Source of the DNA: Antedon mediterranea
Lineage: Eukaryota; Animalia; Echinodermata
Assembly (NCBI RefSeq): GCF_964355755.1
Contig: NC_092670.1
Location: forward strand, 15,114,795-15,178,794
DNA: 64,000 nucleotides
Direction of reading: 5' to 3'
This document shows positions 25,801 through 40,800 of the stretch, piece by piece. How positions within the stretch are numbered: the stretch's first letter is position 1; every line of letters begins with the position of its first letter. A program made the translations under genes and the position numbers. Below the pieces are notes generated by a model. It was given only the letters and a program-made list of their open reading frames with translations, was not told where the DNA came from and did not search any database.

Positions 25801-28800
25801 CTTGTGAGAAGAAAGGCACGTACGCATCTAGCCTATAAAGTTGTTCGTGGTGAAAGCATTTGGTATAAGATAGATGAGCGGAGCTGTACGCATCTAGCCA
25901 ATAAAGTTGTTTGTGGTGAAAGCAATTAGTAGATAGATGAGCGGAGCTTTACGCATCTAGTCTGTGATTCCTTTATTGGAAAGCAAGTGGTAGAGAAGAC
26001 AGAATGCCATGTTGTAATGTTTATATTTATATTTGATGATTGAGTATTAATTTTTGTTTCATTTTTATGCCCAAAACAAGTTGTTACTTGTAGATATATA
26101 TATTGTTGAGAATTTATATTGTGGGGATTGAATGAACAAATACTTGGATATACATTTTATATTATTTATGCACATTTCCTTTTGTTAACAATAACCTAAC
26201 TCACTGACACAGGTAGACAAGGCTCATACTAGATATTCGTGACAATGTACCTCTCCTGTGATGTTAACTCTTTACTAATAATAATATAATTGTTAGTTCA
26301 GGTTGGTTGTTATACGTTGCCTCCATATGCAATTTGTTTAAACCATACCATTGTAAAAAAGAAAATGGTTTCAAACAACATTTTTTAGAAACTGAGATCT
26401 AAAATACAAGATTAGAGAAGAAGAATAATAATATTTACCACTTGTGGGTTCTTCTGTTGATACATAGGGTGTTCCTGTTGATGAACCTGAGGGGGAATAA
26501 ACAGTTAAAAACTGTCTACACTATCAAAGTTTACCTGACAAAAAAATTTGATGTACCCAAACATGGTAGTGATATGACATCATCATGTCCATATTTGGGC
26601 ACATCAAATTTTTTTGTCACATACAGTTATGTGGGGTATAGTAAAGTGAAGTAAATAAACATACAGAAAGTGTCTTTTTGACTCTTGACAAAAAATGTTA
26701 ATAATCAGTGTCTACAGCAATTAGCTTAACATTGAGAAAAAAAAAGAAAATAGATTTTTACATTGAAATACAAAAACAGTACTTGTATATGTAATTCCTC
26801 TTAATCATCTTCTTTTTAATTTTTTTTTTCAAAACTCATAGTGATACTGATAGAAGTTAAGGCTGGATTGCACTGAACATTTTATTGGCCAAAAATGTTT
26901 TCTTTTATTGCACAAAAAGTGGTGCACCATAGAAGCAAAACGAAAATATTTATTTATACCTAAATTAGACTCAACTTATTTTTTACATTTTTAAAGATTT
27001 CACAACATTTAAAGATGAAAAAAATCATAGGATTTATTTTTATAAAAAACGCAGCTTTTGATCTTAAAATCGATAGGAAAAATGTAGGAATAGTGCCTTC
27101 CACACTGCCTGCTCAGTAAAAATTGCCATGGTCTTGTTAAATAACCACTCTGGCTAAAAAGTCTAATACGAATATGAAGCTCGGGTAAACTCCAGGTGTT
27201 AATGAAGTTCACTATACACTTAATTTAATTATGCTTCAATTTTGTTAAACCCATGGTAAAACTAACCATGCGAAATTATCCAAGTGAGAAAAATGATCCA
27301 ATTTAACAATGACCTTTGTATTTTGTATTTTAATGTAATTTTGATAAACTCACGACTAATCCGTTTTGTGCTATAGAGTTCTGCAGTGTGACGTCACGAC
27401 GATAGATGGCGCTGCGTGGTTGCTAGCGCAACCAAAAATGGCTAGCAACCATGCAGCGCCCCCTACCATCGTGACGTCAGCACCGCAGAGCTCTATTGCA
27501 AAAAAAATTCTGTTTTTTATGAATTTACTTTAAAGAAATTGTGATACTTACTTGATGCTGTTGTTGTAGCTGAAAAAAAAAACAAACAAATATTTAATTA
27601 CAAATTTAAATCAAATATGAACAACAAGAATTGGAACACATATTTGCAGATGTCATTCAGCAACATCTTCAATTAACTATTCAAATTTGAATCCTAAAAC
27701 TATTTAAACATTTTTTCAATTATAAATTTTGTGACTGATAAGGTGCTATAAATAATTAATAAATCATAATCATATCTATGAATAAACTGTAGAACTGCCT
27801 GGAAACTAGCTCTATAGAACTACTGCTGTTATAGAAAAAAAAATGAACTCACCTGGACAAACTGGACAGCATTCGCCTTCAACCTGAATCAATACACTCT
27901 GAAGATAAACATAATAGTAACATTATAACCACACTAATACTAATAAAGTCCTTTCAATAAAATATACTATTGTTTAATACATATTTCTCATAAGTGAAGA
28001 ATGTAAATAAAATTGGTCAAAATAATTTCCATCTAACTATACCTATAACTTTTTGTATGTTTTTTGTACGACATAGAGTGTGTATACTGATTATACTGAT
28101 ATTAGGGAGAAACAACTGCAACATTAATACGACCACAGTGCGTTGAAATAATTCGCCGGATCACCGAAGTTAACCAATGTTGGGCCTGGTGACGTTGTGA
28201 ATGGGAGACTGTCTGGGATCGCGTCGGGTGCTTTTTATATACAGGAGAGTGATGGTGTAATGAAAATATTGGACTATCATGTGATAGGCATGGGTTTAAG
28301 CCTATCTGTACCATACAAATTGTATCAAGATAGCAAGATTCTTTACTCTCTAAAGCCGTTGGTCCAGTATAAATTTAGTGCATGCTAAAGAACTTGGTAC
28401 ACCACTTGGAAAGAGTAGGATAGGGGATCCTCTTCCGGTGTGCTGATCTGGTAGGAGCTGCACTGCTGGTTGCCGTGGGTCCGTAGAAGGCCTAATCTGA
28501 ATTTCCTCAGTTTCCAGTTAAGCTTGAGGACCAGTATAAATACCTTTATCTTTTATTAGCTATGGAAATTGTTTCCAATCAACTTTTGTTTTACACTATC
28601 AAACTACTTTGATAAATAAAGTATAAGCCCAAATATGGTAGTGATATGACCATCATGTCCATATATGGGCACATCACATTCTTTTGTCACATAAAGTTTG
28701 ATAGTGTAGACAGAGATTTAGATACTCACTTCATCACAATTTGGCTGTCGTTCACAGGGAGCTCTTGCACAGGAATAGGCATTATTGAAACATGTACAAG

Positions 28801-31800
28801 TAGAACAAGTTGGATCTCTTTCATCAGGCCATGATGCTAAAGGCTGTAAAATAATCCCCAAAAATAAACACAAATAGAAAAGAGGATCAAATTTAGAAAG
28901 CCTGGGTTAAATTTCTGTAATTGGTAAATGTTATTCAATGAAATAAATTTGTCAGTGACTTCACAATGCAGGCCTTTAATCTTACCAAACGAAGTTCATC
29001 GGCACCATCCAGACAAAGACACTTAGTAGGATGAACACAAGCTGTTCCATTGAATACTTTGTTGCCAGCACATCCGCAGCCTTCAGCACCAGAATACACG
29101 GTATCAATAACACATTCAGATATGAAGTTACAACAAACTTGACTGCAAATCTCATAACCTGTATTACACACTGCAAAAAATACAAATAAAAACAAACACT
29201 CAAATCGAACTATAAATAAGGTGAAATATTTGTCAACATCTGCAATATAATGCAATTGATATTTCATATATCATTTTTTGGGTTAAAATAAAAACCAAAA
29301 ACCTCCATACAAATGTAAAACATCTGACTTTAGGAATAACTTGATGATGATTGTACTGCAGCTACTGCAGTAACTACATTTTCTACTGCAATAATGGATG
29401 ATTTTAGTGTTTTCAATGTACGAGATTAGAGTTCATTCACTGTAATGTGTGTATGATTATCCCATTGTGTAAACAAAATTGTAAAACATGTAGTTACTTC
29501 AGTAATTGCAGTAGAATAATTAATGGTCCTTAAGCTTCCTAATGAAAAGGTACTTTGAAGTAAAACTATCATTATCATGGATTGATATGCAGTACTACAG
29601 AATATCAATGTAATTTTTAGTTTAATGTTGAACCAGGGACTTCCCTAGTTGAATTTCACTCTTTCCTGGTTTAACCAAGATGATTACAATCATTAAGAGT
29701 CAACTGTTTCTGACAAAGTCTTCATTATATCCGGGTCATTTTTTCAACATAACTTTAGTAATAGATCTGCATTCATCTTTGAATGCTAGTCGATATGTGT
29801 ATGCACACACCCTCACACGTACATAGTACTTTTCAAATGCCTCAACAATTTCAGCGAGACTATAAAATAGTACCATACTCTTTTCAAAATGTATGATCAT
29901 TTATATATGCATAATTTGCATTATTTTACATATAAACCTTATTCATTATTTTTGGGAAATAATAAAAATTCTGAAGTTAAAATGTAAAAACTACATTTAA
30001 ATCAACAATGAATATGCAATAGTGCATAAATACCTACCTGAAATGGTTGTAGGCTCGTAAGCTGAAAAAGAATTTCAAAATATTTTTTTTATTATTTGAG
30101 ATTTTTCTGGACAGGTCCACCTTAACCCTGGGAATATCTATTAACTTTTGGAGGCAATATTATTTTTAGATGACAAGAAGAGCAAACAGACCTTATTTTT
30201 TTGATCAAATTTTTGTTCAAAGTGAAGAATTATGTTATGTTATATTTAAATGACACATTACTGGACAAAAAAATTAATTTAGGGGGGAAATTTATCTCAA
30301 TAAACAACCAGCCTGTGTAAAATTAACTAATGTTTTAACTATACAAATTCTGAATTGAGGTGTTCAGATATCAAATTGGTTTCTCATATATCAAATTGGT
30401 TGGTCATATATCAAATTGGTTGGTCAGATACCAAATTGGTGCACACAGATGTCTTTAATGCTACATGGGTTTTGTTGCCATAAATAATCAACTTACTTGG
30501 AATTGGCTCGCAAGCACAACACCTTCCTATATCCTCATAGTTGACCAACTGATAACCCTAGAAAACACAAGAAATTTATGATTTTACTTACAGGAAAAAA
30601 TAAAAAGTTCATCATTATTTTTTTTTTATTTTTTGTATTCAAGTATGTTGAAATCATAATTATAATATAATAAATAAAGCTTTGCCTCTTTATAATGATC
30701 AAATGTGTGTAATTAGTGCAAAACTCTCAGTCTTCCTCCAGGTTGCTCAACCCTCACTTTTCAAATTTGGAGTAATCTTCAAATCCATAATAGGCCAAGC
30801 CCTTATATCGTACATCTCTAGTTAATACTTAGGAAAGTACTTGGGTAATGCATTTAAAGTATTGCAATTTCTGCTTGGAAGTTTGGTAGCCTAGTTAATG
30901 GCTTCATGCTAACTAGTTTGAACTACTCAGCAAGAAGTTTACAAAGCTAGACGCTATCAATTTCTTAAAAATTACAATATACAGTAATAAAAAAATTACA
31001 TACAGCATCACAACTTCCAGGTAATTTGTTGCAAGCCAGTATACGTGTCAGTACTCTTCCTGAACAAACTGCACTAGTACATGCATCTTCCTCCTGCATC
31101 CCTTCCTACAATACAAAACATATTCAAGCATGAAAGAAATGCAAAGATAATTTTATTTAATCAGCCTCAGGAATGGAGGCGGAGTAGAGAATTGAGTGGA
31201 GTTGTGGATTAGTGAGTGGAGTTGTAGCTTGGTGGTTATTATGATGCAAGGGTCCTGGATTCAAGTCCTGTCATATCAATGTCAAGATTTTTTCTAATGA
31301 CAAATTACAACTCCACTCCCAAAGACTTGTAATAAGACTTTGTTTATGTACTGTAGAGCATCTTTAAGAAATATAGTGAATGAATTCACAAGGTAAATTG
31401 TGGTTTCTTGTAAAAGTGATACAAATTACATTAAAATATTCTTACAAATGAACATTCTGGAACGGTTGGAGTAGTAGACGGTACTATTGTAACAACTGGA
31501 GATACAGTTGAAGATACTGTGATGGTAGTTCTTTCCGTTGATCCTGACTCTCTGGTTGTTCCCTCTTCAGTTGATCCTGATTCTCTGGTTGTTCCCTCTT
31601 CAGTTGATCCTGACTCTCTGGTTGTTCCCTCTTCAGTTGATCCTGATTCTCTGGTTGTTCTCTCTTCAGTTGATCCTGACTCTCTGGTTGTTCCCTCTTC
31701 AGTTGATCCCGACTCTCTGGTTGTTCCCTCTTCAGTTGATCCCGACTCTCTGGTTGTTCCCTCTTCAGTTGATCCCGACTCTCTGGTTGTTCCCTCTTCA

Positions 31801-34800
31801 GTTGATCCCGACTCTCTGGTTGTTCCTTCTCCAGTTGATCCTGTTGTCTGAGTGGATTCAGTGGTTGACTCTAAACATTTTTAACATTGAAAATTATAGC
31901 AAATTAAACCACAAACAATTCTTCAGTTTTTAATTCTCTGGGAGTTAAATTGTCTTTCGTTACAAAAAAAATAAAATGATGGCATCTGACAGGATTTGAA
32001 CCTAAACTAATACTTACCACACGTATTTTGACAAGTTTTAGTATGTGTTCCTTCACATCTACATGATCGACATTCTCCTTCAAACCATGTCTCATCTACG
32101 TCTCTCATGTTATTGTCCATGTCTCTACATGAGCAATCTTCGGCAAGTACCACACAAACGTTGTCTCGCACTGTGTGTTCACACCAACAATCTTGACAGC
32201 GGTCACTAATTTCAGTGGCACATTCTATGTTGCCGAAGCAATCCTCGGTACACATACATTGAAAGCAAACTACAAAAAAAACATTACATTTATTTTAATC
32301 AAAAACAATATTTGTTTACCTACCCTAATTTATTGAAGCTAATACATCATAAAAATCAATTTATAATTATAATATACATTTACCTATAATTATCTATATT
32401 TGTATTGTAAACTTTATTTAAAAAAATTCATGCACTGTTGGGAAAATTTCAAATTTTAACTAATTACCATGAAACAACATAGCATCAAGAATGTGCAAAA
32501 TACGTATAACACTTACATGACAAACTAGTTGTTTGAGTTAATTCTCTAATTGCTGTTGTGGGATGTTCTGTTGTTGGTGCTGGTGTTGTATTAAGCGTAC
32601 CTGTAAATAAGATACAACTTAAAAGCTATACTGTATTCAGGAGCTCTAAGCACTGCGATGTTTGATATCTGTACAGCTCTACTGTTCTTAATTTATGGCT
32701 GGTTTGAGCCTGAATTTTTATGATTTTGGATCTTTTTCGGATTTATTAAAAAAATAATTATACAGACATTTTCACAACTTAACAGCAACTTAAGGTGGGA
32801 ATAATTATTAGAATAAGCTGTGCATTAATTTAAATATTTTCTTGGCAAACGTAAATGATTGACAAGAGGTGATTCAATTGAACGTGGATTTTAAGATAAA
32901 ACTGCAATAACTGCGAAAGAAAATGTAACGTAATTAAAATACAAAATATATTAATAAAAAGAAATAATAAGATTGATGAAAAAAGGCTGGATATATAACC
33001 ATTACACCAAACTCACATTTACAAGATTGTAGTGAAATTAACCTAATCGCACACTAGATACAAAAATTAAAAAAATATATATTTTCGGGAGAAATCTTAT
33101 GTAGCGGATAGTAGGCGGAGGTATGCACTTTTGAAGTGCCGTTCTAGTTTCATTAATCATTCATGGTATACGGGAATCAATCCTAAGCTAACTACTTACC
33201 TGGTGGGCAGCCATACACTTCCACAGTCATTGTCATTCTTCCTGTCCACTGATATGGAACAACCTGAATAATTGTAGTTCGGATCACAGAGGAAAATCTG
33301 ATTGAATCTGTATTAGTAACATCAAAGATCTGAAAATAAATAAATATCATTGAGCTTTATTGTTAACAAATCAATAAATAATAATAATAATAATACTAAT
33401 AATGTATGAAGGCTTTTTGTGATTATGCTTCGCCTCGTTAACATAGAGCAATCGATTTATCAGCTCATGAAATATTCTGGAGTGGAGTTGCTTGCTAATG
33501 AAAAAACACAACTCCACTCCCAAAGACTTTGTTTATGATTCGTGTATATGTTTGTCTTGTGAACAGGATTGCCACCTTTAAGAAGGATAGTGAAGGAATT
33601 CACTTATGGTTATTCTTTGCAGTTTACCTAAATATATAATATAAAACAGGCCTGGTCTTTTAAGGCGAGTGAGAGTGATCACTCACCTAACACAATCCTA
33701 AACTGCGCTTGAGGAGTGCGATTTACAACACGCCTAAATTTGGTAAACTTCTACACACCAAAGTACAAACAGCACAACTACAGCACCCCTGAATGTGATG
33801 AGGAGTGCAATTTGTAGCACACCTACAATTTTGAAAATACAAGGCCTGATAAAAAAAAATGTCATTACCTTATCGAAACGTTGTTCAACATCAAGATTTG
33901 GATCACTTGAGACTTCCTTTATTGTTACCAGTGTATCTACAGTATCTCCTACCATCACTGTAAACATATTAACTCTGTTGTATTGATCACCTCGAACAGA
34001 AATTTCAGTTATGTCCATAGGTTGCGAAAGGGTAAACTGAAAAATATTTAAATACAAATAATTAAAAACAATTAATTAAACACAATTGAAAAATTGTAAC
34101 AGCAATAGTATTGTAACAATAACAGCAGCAGTGTACCATTAATCAGAATAATAATAATAGGGAGTTTTTGCCTGAGCTGGTAAAAACTCAACTTTACCAG
34201 ATAGCTTCAACATTCTAACAGGACACAACGCATGTATCGTGTAACCTACAACAAATTGTTGAAGGACTAAAGCCTAGGCCTAGCTGTAGACCTTTTTATT
34301 GTATAAGCAGATTAATTTAATTACAAAGTGGGCAGAGCTTGCGCATTGCATGTTGTTAATTACAAAGTGGACAGAGTTTGCCCATTGCATGTTGTTAATT
34401 ACAAAGTGGGCAGAGCTTGCGCATTGCATGTTGTTAATTACAAAGTGGACAGAGTTTGCGCATTGCATGTTGTTAATTACAAAATTGGTAGAGTTTGCGC
34501 ATTGCATGTTGTTAATTACAATGTGAGTGGAGTTTGAACATTGCATGTTGTTAATTACAATGTAGGTGGAGCCTGTGCATTGCATGTTGTTAATTATAAA
34601 GTCGGCAGAACTTGCACATTGCATGTTGTTACATTTATATTACATTGACATGTTCAGGTGAAAACATCCTAATATAAATATACTTACTCTTATGAATTCA
34701 TTTCTTGTACCCAAATCACCAGCATTTCGGGGCATCCAAGGAAGACCACTACTTATTCCATATACAGTGTTTTCGTTCATTGAATCTTCAAGGCTGGAAT

Positions 34801-37800
34801 ACTCAATATTACTGCAGTTACCAAGTAATGGTATTCTGCATTGTGCTACAAATAAAGTAATATTGATACTTTATAAATTAAAACTGTAAAATTGCTATAA
34901 CTGCATACATGCCAACATCTAAAGTTTTAAAACTTGATTTCACCAATGAGCTATGTTCGAAGCGATCATGAGATCATGTTCCGAATATGAGCACTGTTTC
35001 AATAATTTGACAGTATGATTCATATATAATTTACAGTGGTACGCAGCATCAATTTATACAAAATACAAGATTTATCTTGTAATCTGGGAGAAAACGTTGA
35101 AAAATCGGGAGCACGAAGTTACGCCGGGAGTAAAAATTCAGAATAGCAACTGGGCAAAAAAAGAGTTACTTACGTTCTACTGTAACAGTTGTAGTTGTTA
35201 CTGTAATAGAAGTAAACTCAGGTGTAGTAGTAACCACTGTTGTTTCTGTAATATCTACAGTGCAATAAAACAGAGATCTCAAGTTGGAAAAATTATATGA
35301 AACGAAAATGTGGTCAAACAATACAAGGTGTAATTTTAAACATATAAACAAAGTATTTCTATTACTGAAATTGCGTACAGGGAAAATATTTATCTTTTTA
35401 TCAATATAAATTTGAAATGTCATCAAAACCAAGACTACAAGGGAGCAGGAGATGACAATTAAATTCAACCTTTATTTCGACAAGAATCGAACATCAACAT
35501 AGGTACAATGACAAGAAAAATAATGTAAAGTATCGAAAAAGTTATTTTACTAGCTTATAATTCATGAACTCTATGTCGATGAAATAAAGTATCATTTGGT
35601 ATTAAAATGGAATGGTTTTTTCATGTGTGTATTTATTGGCGACATTTTGGAAAGTCTTTTCCATACGAATCAGTGCCAATGACTCTTATCTGCACTATCA
35701 AACTTTATGTGACAATGTGATGTACCCATATATGGACATGATGATGTCATATCACTACCATATTTGGGTATCACTACCATATTTAGACACATCACACCTT
35801 TTTTGTTTGTCAAACTAATTTGATAATGTAGACAGAGCTTAACAGAATCATAACAGAGAGAAACTAATATACCAATACACATTTTGATGTAATATGAAAA
35901 CAAAAATGCTACTTACATTCTGTTGTAGAGACAGTAGCTGTAAAAGAAAAAGAGAAACAGTTAACAATTTTCTACTGTGCACAGAGATATGTTTTGTTTC
36001 AATTCATCAACAAGGTAGGCATTGTTGAATTTACAATATTAAAACAACAACAAAATATTTAAAATAGTTAAATGACAAGTTCACATTACAACATATAAAA
36101 ATGAAAAACATTAAAATATAAACCAAGTCGTCTTCTAAAGTATTATGATAAAATGTTATTTGAAAATATAAAACAAGCGCTGTGAATCATAAGCCACAAT
36201 TATTACAAATTATATGTTGATTAGTATTAATTTTTTTAACCTGCTTATGCAATTATTTAGAAAGTTGTTATTCAGTGACTGACTAAATTATGCATTATTG
36301 TAGTAGAAATGTGGTTACTGCAGTAACTGCAGTAAAATAATATTGAAAAGATCCCTAAAGGCCCATTTACACTAGGACGATAACGATTGGTGATAAAATA
36401 GATAAACATGAACTTTTCATATATTAAACAAAAGAAATCTAACAAGTTTTCATCATATAACTATAGAATAACCATCTATGCTTCCTTTGATGAAAAAGAT
36501 ATTTTCACACGTCCAATCAAATGATGTCATGATTGATAAGAGCAATAATATCGTACATAGATTTTATTGTTTTTATTAATCATGATGTCATTTGGTTGGG
36601 TTTCAAAAAATATTATTTTTATCAAAGACAGCATAAATGATTATCCTATAGTTCAAAGAAAAACCTTTCTAATTTCTTTTGTTTTATATAAGAAAAAGGC
36701 CATATACATGCTCAAGTTAGTGTTTACCGACCAACCGACAAACTAGCCGACAGACCACCCGACCGACATAGTGAGCTGTAGAGTCGCACGCGACTAAAAA
36801 TGCATGCTTATCTATTTATCGTTGATTGTCTAAGTGTAAATAGGCCTTAAAGGTTTCTATAAAATGAGAAATTCTTTCTACAACTGAGAACTATTGCTGT
36901 TTCGCTGTACCATGCCGAGGGTGTTAAAGAGTTGCCATTCAATCGAATTTGAATACCATGAAAGCTCCAGTGGTTTAATGGCTACCACATCTGCATATCA
37001 AACACAAGGTTCCGGGTTTGAATCTCGGTTGGGCGACTTTTTCTCATTCTCACAGATTTCCTCATCTTATCTTATCAAATTAATTATTACATTTTCAGTA
37101 TATCACCGAGCGGTTTAGAATTTGTTCTCAGCCTGTTCTGTTTATTTATATAACAATATAATGTCAGTACTTACATGGAGGGCATCCATACACAGAAACT
37201 GTGAAATTTGCATTCATACTCTCAATGCGAATTCCCATGACATCAAATATGTGCAGATCTTCCAAAATGTCTGAGCTAGACGAGATCAAGTCTGCTATGA
37301 AGATTTTTGGTGCATTCTAATAATAAAAATGTAAAAAATCACTGCACGGTATATAAATATTTTGGCAAATTTTCTTCCTCTCCATTTACCATGTCCTGCC
37401 AAATCATCTCTGCTATCCTTTTACCTTCAACTCGTCTCTCCATCACCACCACACACGATCTCATAATAACTTCTGTACCTACCCATAAATCCAACTCCAA
37501 CACAATATTAGATACTCCAGACAAAAAAAAAAATCATATCTTTTCTAATTATTATTCATTATGTCTTGACCTGTCTTTTTCATATTGTCATTTATTTTTT
37601 GGTTTATTTTTTTTTCTCGCCCATCCATTTTCATCTTTCTAGGCATTTGCCTTTATTTGATCTTCTTGCATTGTATGTTCTTATACTTTTTGTCAGAGTT
37701 TGTAAATAGAACTTTTTAAAAAAATGAAAAATGAGATAATCAACTTTATGTGACAAGTTCAAACTGAGTAAAAAAATTTACCCACAACAAATATTCTATT

Positions 37801-40800
37801 GCAAATTACCTCATCATTCCGTACTTGTTGTTCAACATTTTCTAGAATTTTAACAATTTCAAAGGCAACTGTTGTCGCAGGTTGAGAACTATTTCTGGAA
37901 ACTTTAATGGCATTGATTGTTTTTAAATCTGGGAAATTAAACGTATAACAACCCTCGGTTTCACCTTCTAACTGTTGCAGCTCATACATACAAACTGAAA
38001 AGAAAAACGCCCCAAACAATCAACATTTTGGTTGAAATTATTCTAAACTCTATTTACACTTTTTTTATTGGTCCTACAGTATTTGTGTAAAATAGTAACA
38101 TTGGTTGTCGTACAGTGTTTGTGTAAAATAGTAGCAATGAATATTGGTTGATTGATTGATTAATGAGCTTTTCAATTTTTATTATACAAAATTAAACGTA
38201 ATCATATTTTTATTTTAAATTTAGAAAATGTATGGAAAATTGGAAAAAAAAAAAAAGGTTAATTTAACAATATCACTGTGAGTACTTTCAATGACTTTTT
38301 ACTATACCTGGTACAGTAGAAGAAATGCTAACTACAGGCGTTGTTACTATTGTAGTCTCAGTGGTAGCCACAGTGGCAGCTGTAGTTGGTGCTTCTGAAA
38401 TATATAAATTCAAATATTCATTAATTTAACTTAAACTTTTTGACTATTTAAAAATATTATTGCTTTGATAAACTAATGATGACACATACTTGTATCTAAA
38501 AAGCGATAGCTTATCATAAATTTGATTTGATTGTTGCACACCAAAGATAACCCACTATCATTAAGACTTGTTTTTGAGGTAGGGTCCTTCTGGTGGTGAA
38601 TTCGGAAGTACACCCGGAGACGATCCTCTACTTTTTTTGAAGAGTTGAATAATGAAAAAAATAGACCTTATACGTTTAGGCCAAAGAAGTGATGGTTAGT
38701 TTATACAATTTCACAGAACTTACCATATGGACAACCATACAACTCGAAGCGAACTTTAATACCACCTTCCCACGACAAGGGAATAATCCTGACTGTTGTT
38801 GCATTGAATGTATCTTCTACTCTACTAACAGTTTCATTAGTACCATATGCAATATTGTAAACCTAAAAAAAAAATGTTAATTACCGGTATTTTATTTTGT
38901 TTAAAAACCTATACTCTAACAATTGTTGATGTTGGAAATGAAATTTATTTTACAATTGCCAGAAGCTAGTAGAAATGCATTTTAAAGTGAAACAAACAGT
39001 GGCGTAAACACAGAGGCAAGGTCCCTGGTTTAGCACTCCTAGGGGCCTTCCAATGCTGGGCATTTGATTCTCTTGGGCCCCAAACTCTAGCATACGTAAC
39101 AATGCGGATCACAGTGTTCACGCATGGCGTAAACTATTTTTAATACATACCATTTTATGGTACACATTGAATACAGAACAGTGCGAACCAAAATTTGTTT
39201 CAACAGGGCATTCTGTTCAGACGTACTTATAATGTTATGATATAAAAACATATTAATAAGGACCAACTCTGAAAAGTTTCAAGAAAAGAGTGGACAGAGT
39301 CGGCAATATACAAAAAAAAAGGCACGTACCCTGTCGAATACTTGTCCATCTGCTTCTATTCTGAATTCAGTAATATATGAATCTTCCAATGTTCGTTGAA
39401 AATCTATAAAGCTGACAACTGTATCACCAAGGAATTCAACTTGGATGTATTGATCTGCATCATTAACTGTTGGAGACCAGGATCCACCATTGTATCTACC
39501 ACTTCCAGAAGCAAGGCTACTTGTAGAGTAAGTTATTCTATCATCTGGAATATCTCCATTCTCCATACCCAATGCACCATCACATACTAAATAATAATAT
39601 TAATGTAATAACCAGTGTTAATGAATATTCTAAAATACCAGACATCTCAAGTTTGAATGTATCAAGCTTTTGATTTAGTTGTAATTTGTAGGAGCTAGGA
39701 ACAAGTTAAGTCATCCACTGTGTGCAAGATATGTATAAAAGAGCAGGAGAGATTGTGTGAGTAAGTATGTAAAGAAAAGAAGGCTGCATGGTATGGTCAT
39801 ATGCTCCGATTATGAAAACAAACCGGCTGAGATCGCACTCAAAAGATCAAAAGGAAGACCGAAAACAACATGGATGGCAAACATCAAAATGGAAAAAGAA
39901 CTTTTTAAATGTGGACCTATATGCTTGCTCAAAAACGTACAGAGTGGCAAACAAAAGTGGGTAATGTCTTCAAACAGGCAAATTTTTAGCTGTGGCATAA
40001 TGCAGGGGGCATAGGCCCCTAGTTTAGCACTCCTAAGGGGGCCTCTAATTCTGGGTAGTTGCAGTGGACTGTTTTCAAGCCCCTGAGTTTAGCCAATGAG
40101 CGCTCATAGCTCTTATGCCACTGATTTTTAGCCTGATTGTATAGTTTGTGGAAAATGTAACAGTCCTCCAATCAGATACAGTACTATGACTTCATCACCA
40201 TATTTTATAAAACCAAGAAAAATATTTTCTATAAATAAAATCTATTTCTACTCACTTCTTACAGTTGTTGAAGGTATGTTGGTTGTGGCAGTTACTGTTG
40301 TATGTGTTGTTGGAGCACGAGTAGATGGCACATCTGGAAAGGCAAACAATGCACACACGAGAAACACAAATCAGTTTCTATTAAATGCTTTATTATAATT
40401 AAAAATGTGTATTCAATAATGTGAAGAAAGTAATTCTGCTTCACTAAATCTAATCCGCAACTAAAAAGCATTGTGGTCTGATCATCGAAATGTTTGACAT
40501 TTTGTAAAAATAATGTACAGTATACAGTATATTACTTTGAAAACATTAAATCATATCATTCCTGGTTCTATTGTTAATTATTATTTTCATAGCCATCGTA
40601 CAATTACTGCTTCTTATCAGAGGCCTAAGCCAGCTACGATAGGCCTAAAGCTCTGTCCACACTATCAAACTTTATGTGACAACAAAATGTGGAAATGATG
40701 TCATATCACTACCATATTTGGGCACATCACCCTTTTTTGTCTAACTTGTATGATAGTGTAGACAGAGCTTTACAACGTCTATAAGAGAACATTCAATGCT

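Noticed and set aside
31519-31933. Plus-strand VVPSSVDPDSL / LWLFPLQLI ORFs
   Set aside because: Antisense readings of exon 43.
34280-34624. MQCASSAHFVINN repeat ORF as an exon
   Set aside because: It would interrupt discoidin domain 4; exons 38 and 39 join directly in phase 0; no convincing splice sites.
36965-37040. Functional tRNA gene
   Set aside because: No clean cloverleaf; diverged dispersed copies share downstream sequence, as SINEs do.
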